Assembly: GCA_027343665.1 (NCBI GenBank)
Contig: DAHWKL010000001.1
Location: forward strand, 313,294 to 377,293
Source of the DNA: an archaeon
Lineage (GTDB): Archaea > Nanobdellota > Nanobdellia > Pacearchaeales > GW2011-AR1
DNA length: 64,000 bases
Direction: 5' to 3'
Shown: positions 61,572 through 64,000 of the stretch, one piece after another
How positions within the stretch are numbered: the stretch's first letter is position 1
Layout of the letters: every line of letters begins with the position of its first letter
The notes under the pieces: model-generated
What the model saw: the letters and a program-made list of their open reading frames with translations, nothing else
Databases searched by the model: none
Told to the model about the DNA's origin: nothing
Position numbers and translations under genes: made by a program

Positions 61572-61868
61572 ATGGAGATATGTCCAAAATGTGGATTGCC
61601 AATGCCTGCGTGCATCTGCGACCAGATACAAAAAAGTTCGCAGAGAATAAAAGTCACGAGCGACAAGAAACGATACGGAAAAATCGTCACGATTGTTTCG
61701 GGCTTTGACAATTCAATAGACATAAAAAAAATAGCAAAAGAACTAAAAAGTGAACTTGCCTGCGGCGGAACGATAAAGAACAAGGAAATCGAACTCCAGG
61801 GCGATCACACAAAAAAAGTCAAACCTCTCCTCGTCAAACTCGGCTTTGACGAAGAATCAATAGAATAA
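61572..61868 (+). CDS. Translation initiation factor aIF1 (SUI1/YciH)
   Basis: CPKCGLP...C, RYGKIVT, LACGGT, IELQGDH. Confidence 0.96.
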   Translation: MEICPKCGLPMPACICDQIQKSSQRIKVTSDKKRYGKIVTIVSGFDNSIDIKKIAKELKSELACGGTIKNKEIELQGDHTKKVKPLLVKLGFDEESIE

Positions 61869-61869
61869 G

Positions 61870-62235
61870 ATGGCAAAACAAAAAACGAAAAAAATGCAAG
61901 GGAAGAAAACGGATGAGACAGTTAGCGTGAACTGCACTGACATAGATTGCCCTGTTCACGGAAACTTAAAACTTAGAGGAAGAACTTTCAAAGGCCATGT
62001 AATCTCAAAACATGAGAAAAGAATAGCAATAGAATTTGAAAGGATGATTTACTTAAGAAAATACGAAAGGTACGGAAAAACAAAGACAAAATTACATGCA
62101 AGACTTCCGAAATGCATGGATAAAGAAGTAAATGTCGGCGACCTCGTGAGGATTAAAGAATGCAGACCCCTTTCAAAAATAATCCACTTCACATTTTTGG
62201 AGAAAGTGAACGGTTCAGAGGAGGGAAAAAAATGA
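61870..62235 (+). CDS. rps17: 30S ribosomal protein S17
   Basis: CPVHG.LKLRG, KYERY, ECRPLSK. Confidence 0.97.
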   Translation: MAKQKTKKMQGKKTDETVSVNCTDIDCPVHGNLKLRGRTFKGHVISKHEKRIAIEFERMIYLRKYERYGKTKTKLHARLPKCMDKEVNVGDLVRIKECRPLSKIIHFTFLEKVNGSEEGKK

Positions 62236-62633
62236 AAGCGATAAGCGCGAAAGGAACAGCAGGATGCAACATAGGGACTTATTTGGTAGCTTCAGACAAC
62301 AGCGGTGCAAAGATGGTAAAAATCGTTTCAGTCGTAAGGGGGAAAGGGACAAAAGGCAGGCAGATGAGAGCAAAGATAGCAGATTGGGTCAAAGTTTCAG
62401 TTAAGTCGGGTGATCCCGAAATGAAAGGAAAAGTTTTCGACGCTGTGGTAATAAGGCAGAAAAAACCTTTCAGAAGACTCACAGGTGAAAGAATAGCTTT
62501 CGAAGATAATGCTGTAGCGCTTTTGAAAGATGACAAGGGAAACCCTAAGGGAACTCAAATCAAAGGACCAATCGCAAAGGAGATCATGGAGCGTTGGGCA
62601 CAGGTTGCCAAAATCGCTTCCATAGTTTACTAA
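62232..62633 (+). CDS. rpl14: 50S ribosomal protein L14
   Basis: DNSGAK, FEDNA, PKGTQIKGP; ATG at 62232. Confidence 0.97.
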   Translation: MKAISAKGTAGCNIGTYLVASDNSGAKMVKIVSVVRGKGTKGRQMRAKIADWVKVSVKSGDPEMKGKVFDAVVIRQKKPFRRLTGERIAFEDNAVALLKDDKGNPKGTQIKGPIAKEIMERWAQVAKIASIVY

Positions 62634-62634
62634 A

Positions 62635-62838
62635 ATGGAAACAGAAAATTTAACAGAAAAAATGAGGGTACAATATAAAGGAAGAGAAATATTAGAAATC
62701 GCTCAAAGAAGTAATGGGAACGAGCGGAGTTATATCATATGCAACAGAGGCTATGAAGAGATACTCTGGCAGAGAGACAATCAATTAAATAAAGAAGGGA
62801 GCGAATTTATCGGAAGTTCCCTTGCAGAGAGGATATAA
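62635..62838 (+). CDS. Hypothetical protein inserted in the spc cluster
   Basis: 67 aa, TAA-A-ATG junctions on both sides. Confidence 0.6.
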   Translation: METENLTEKMRVQYKGREILEIAQRSNGNERSYIICNRGYEEILWQRDNQLNKEGSEFIGSSLAERI

Positions 62839-62839
62839 A

Positions 62840-63109
62840 ATGAGAGTATATTTCATTCCGGATGAAAAACTTGCAAAAGAAGGAGCTGAAGAGTTAATAA
62901 AGATAAAACTTAATAAGTTGGAAAAATCTATGGATTATCCGAAGTTAACTGATAAGAAAGAGGCTGGGATAGAATTTGCAGGAGCAGTAGCGCTTGCTGA
63001 GTCAATAGGGATGGAAACCAGCAGATACAAAGAGCAGTTTGCAGAAATAACTGGAGAAAATTTTGACAAATATTCCAAAAGAATTATGGGGGAATTTTTA
63101 TACAAGTAA
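62840..63109 (+). CDS. Hypothetical protein inserted in the spc cluster
   Basis: 89 aa from ATG 62840, TAA-A-ATG junctions on both sides. Confidence 0.62.
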   Translation: MRVYFIPDEKLAKEGAEELIKIKLNKLEKSMDYPKLTDKKEAGIEFAGAVALAESIGMETSRYKEQFAEITGENFDKYSKRIMGEFLYK

Positions 63110-63110
63110 A

Positions 63111-63539
63111 ATGAAAGAATTTTCAACGCACTGGAAATCAAGCAAGAAGCCAAAGAAGCAGAGAAAATACCGAGCGAAAGCACCAATGCATATAAAAAGA
63201 AAATTTTTAAGCACAACCCTCTCAAAAGAACTCAGAGCTAAATACAAAATAAGGAATATAATAGTAAGGAAAGGAGACACGATTAAAGTAATGAAAGGAA
63301 AATTCAACGGAAAAACTGGAAAAGTCTCCGAAGTGAAGACAAACCTTATGAAGATTTATGTTGAAGGCATCCAGAAGAAAAAACAGGACGGCTCAATGGT
63401 AAATATTCCTTTCAGAGCACCAAACCTTCAAATAATGGACCTTAACACAGATGACAAAAAAAGATTCAAAAAATTGAAGACAGAATCGCAAAAGAAAAAT
63501 GAAGCAAAGAACGAAAAAGGAGAAGAGAAGAAAAAATGA
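63111..63539 (+). CDS. rpl24: 50S ribosomal protein L24
   Basis: PKKQRKY...APMH, VRKGDTIKVMKG. Confidence 0.96.
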   Translation: MKEFSTHWKSSKKPKKQRKYRAKAPMHIKRKFLSTTLSKELRAKYKIRNIIVRKGDTIKVMKGKFNGKTGKVSEVKTNLMKIYVEGIQKKKQDGSMVNIPFRAPNLQIMDLNTDDKKRFKKLKTESQKKNEAKNEKGEEKKK

Positions 63540-64000
63540 AAAGACATCTCAAGAGAGAAGCGGTGCCAAAAAACTGGCCAATAACGAGAAAAGGGACAAC
63601 TTTTGTAGTAAAAAATAACTCAAAAGGCATTCCGGTTCTTGTTGCACTTAGGGATCTAATGAAAGTTGCAAAGACAAGGAGTGAAGTGAAAAGTGCTATC
63701 CATAACAAAGACCTGATAATCTCAGGAAAACCGGTCAGGGACGAGAAAAAAAGCCTCGAACTTTTTGATATACTTACAATTGTGCCTTCGAAAAAGAATT
63801 ACAAGCTTGTCCTTTCACAGAATGGCAAATATACAATTGAAGAAACCAATGAGAAGGATTCGAAGACAAAGATCTCAAAGATTATAGGGAAGAAATCCTT
63901 GAAGGGAAAAAAGACCCAGATAAACTTAAGCGATGGAAGGAATTACCTGTCCGAGGTGGAATGCTCAGTTGGAGATTCAGTGATTGTTGATATGGAGAAA
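63536..64000 (+). CDS. rps4e: 30S ribosomal protein S4e (partial, runs off the window)
   Basis: Hand translation MKRHLKREAVPKNWPITRKG...LRDL...QINLSDGRN. Confidence 0.95.
   Translation, partial: MKRHLKREAVPKNWPITRKGTTFVVKNNSKGIPVLVALRDLMKVAKTRSEVKSAIHNKDLIISGKPVRDEKKSLELFDILTIVPSKKNYKLVLSQNGKYTIEETNEKDSKTKISKIIGKKSLKGKKTQINLSDGRNYLSEVECSVGDSVIVDMEK

Overview
Archaeal chromosomal window, most consistent with a DPANN archaeon of the Pacearchaeota/Woesearchaeota type. The evidence is archaeal 16S/23S rRNA, PCNA, Spt5, aIF5A, L37ae/L40e/S4e, a pacearchaeosortase-like gene and compact leaderless genes; the lineage call is an inference from gene content. Layout: (1) 0.2-17 kb is a cell-surface region with PCNA, a seven-gene operon of class III signal-peptide (pilin-like) and very Cys-rich secreted proteins, the S-layer gene behind a long structured leader, and an archaeosortase with its likely substrate. 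(2) 17-31 kb holds housekeeping genes (Dph2-like, SepF, prefoldin, RpoP, L37ae, L11-Spt5-SecE-FtsZ, aIF5A, S2P protease, Taw1, GGR-like) and orphans. (3) 31-36 kb is a minus-strand 16S-tRNA-Ala-[small ORF]-23S operon. (4) 36-56 kb carries Sua5, a LigD phosphoesterase, a 1115-aa orphan metallophosphoesterase/coiled-coil protein, S2, CysRS, GlmS, RNase P RNA, L1-L10-L12, an XPD/DinG-like helicase and tRNAs. (5) 57-64 kb is the S10/spc ribosomal cluster, with two orphan ORFs inserted and no rpp29. No CRISPR array or intact transposase was seen. The best candidates for new biology are the pilin/Cys-rich surface operon, the switch-like S-layer leader RNA, the tandem phosphoesterase giant, the ORF inside the rRNA spacer and a minimal UDG-fold protein. 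All family calls come from motif recognition by eye, not database searches.
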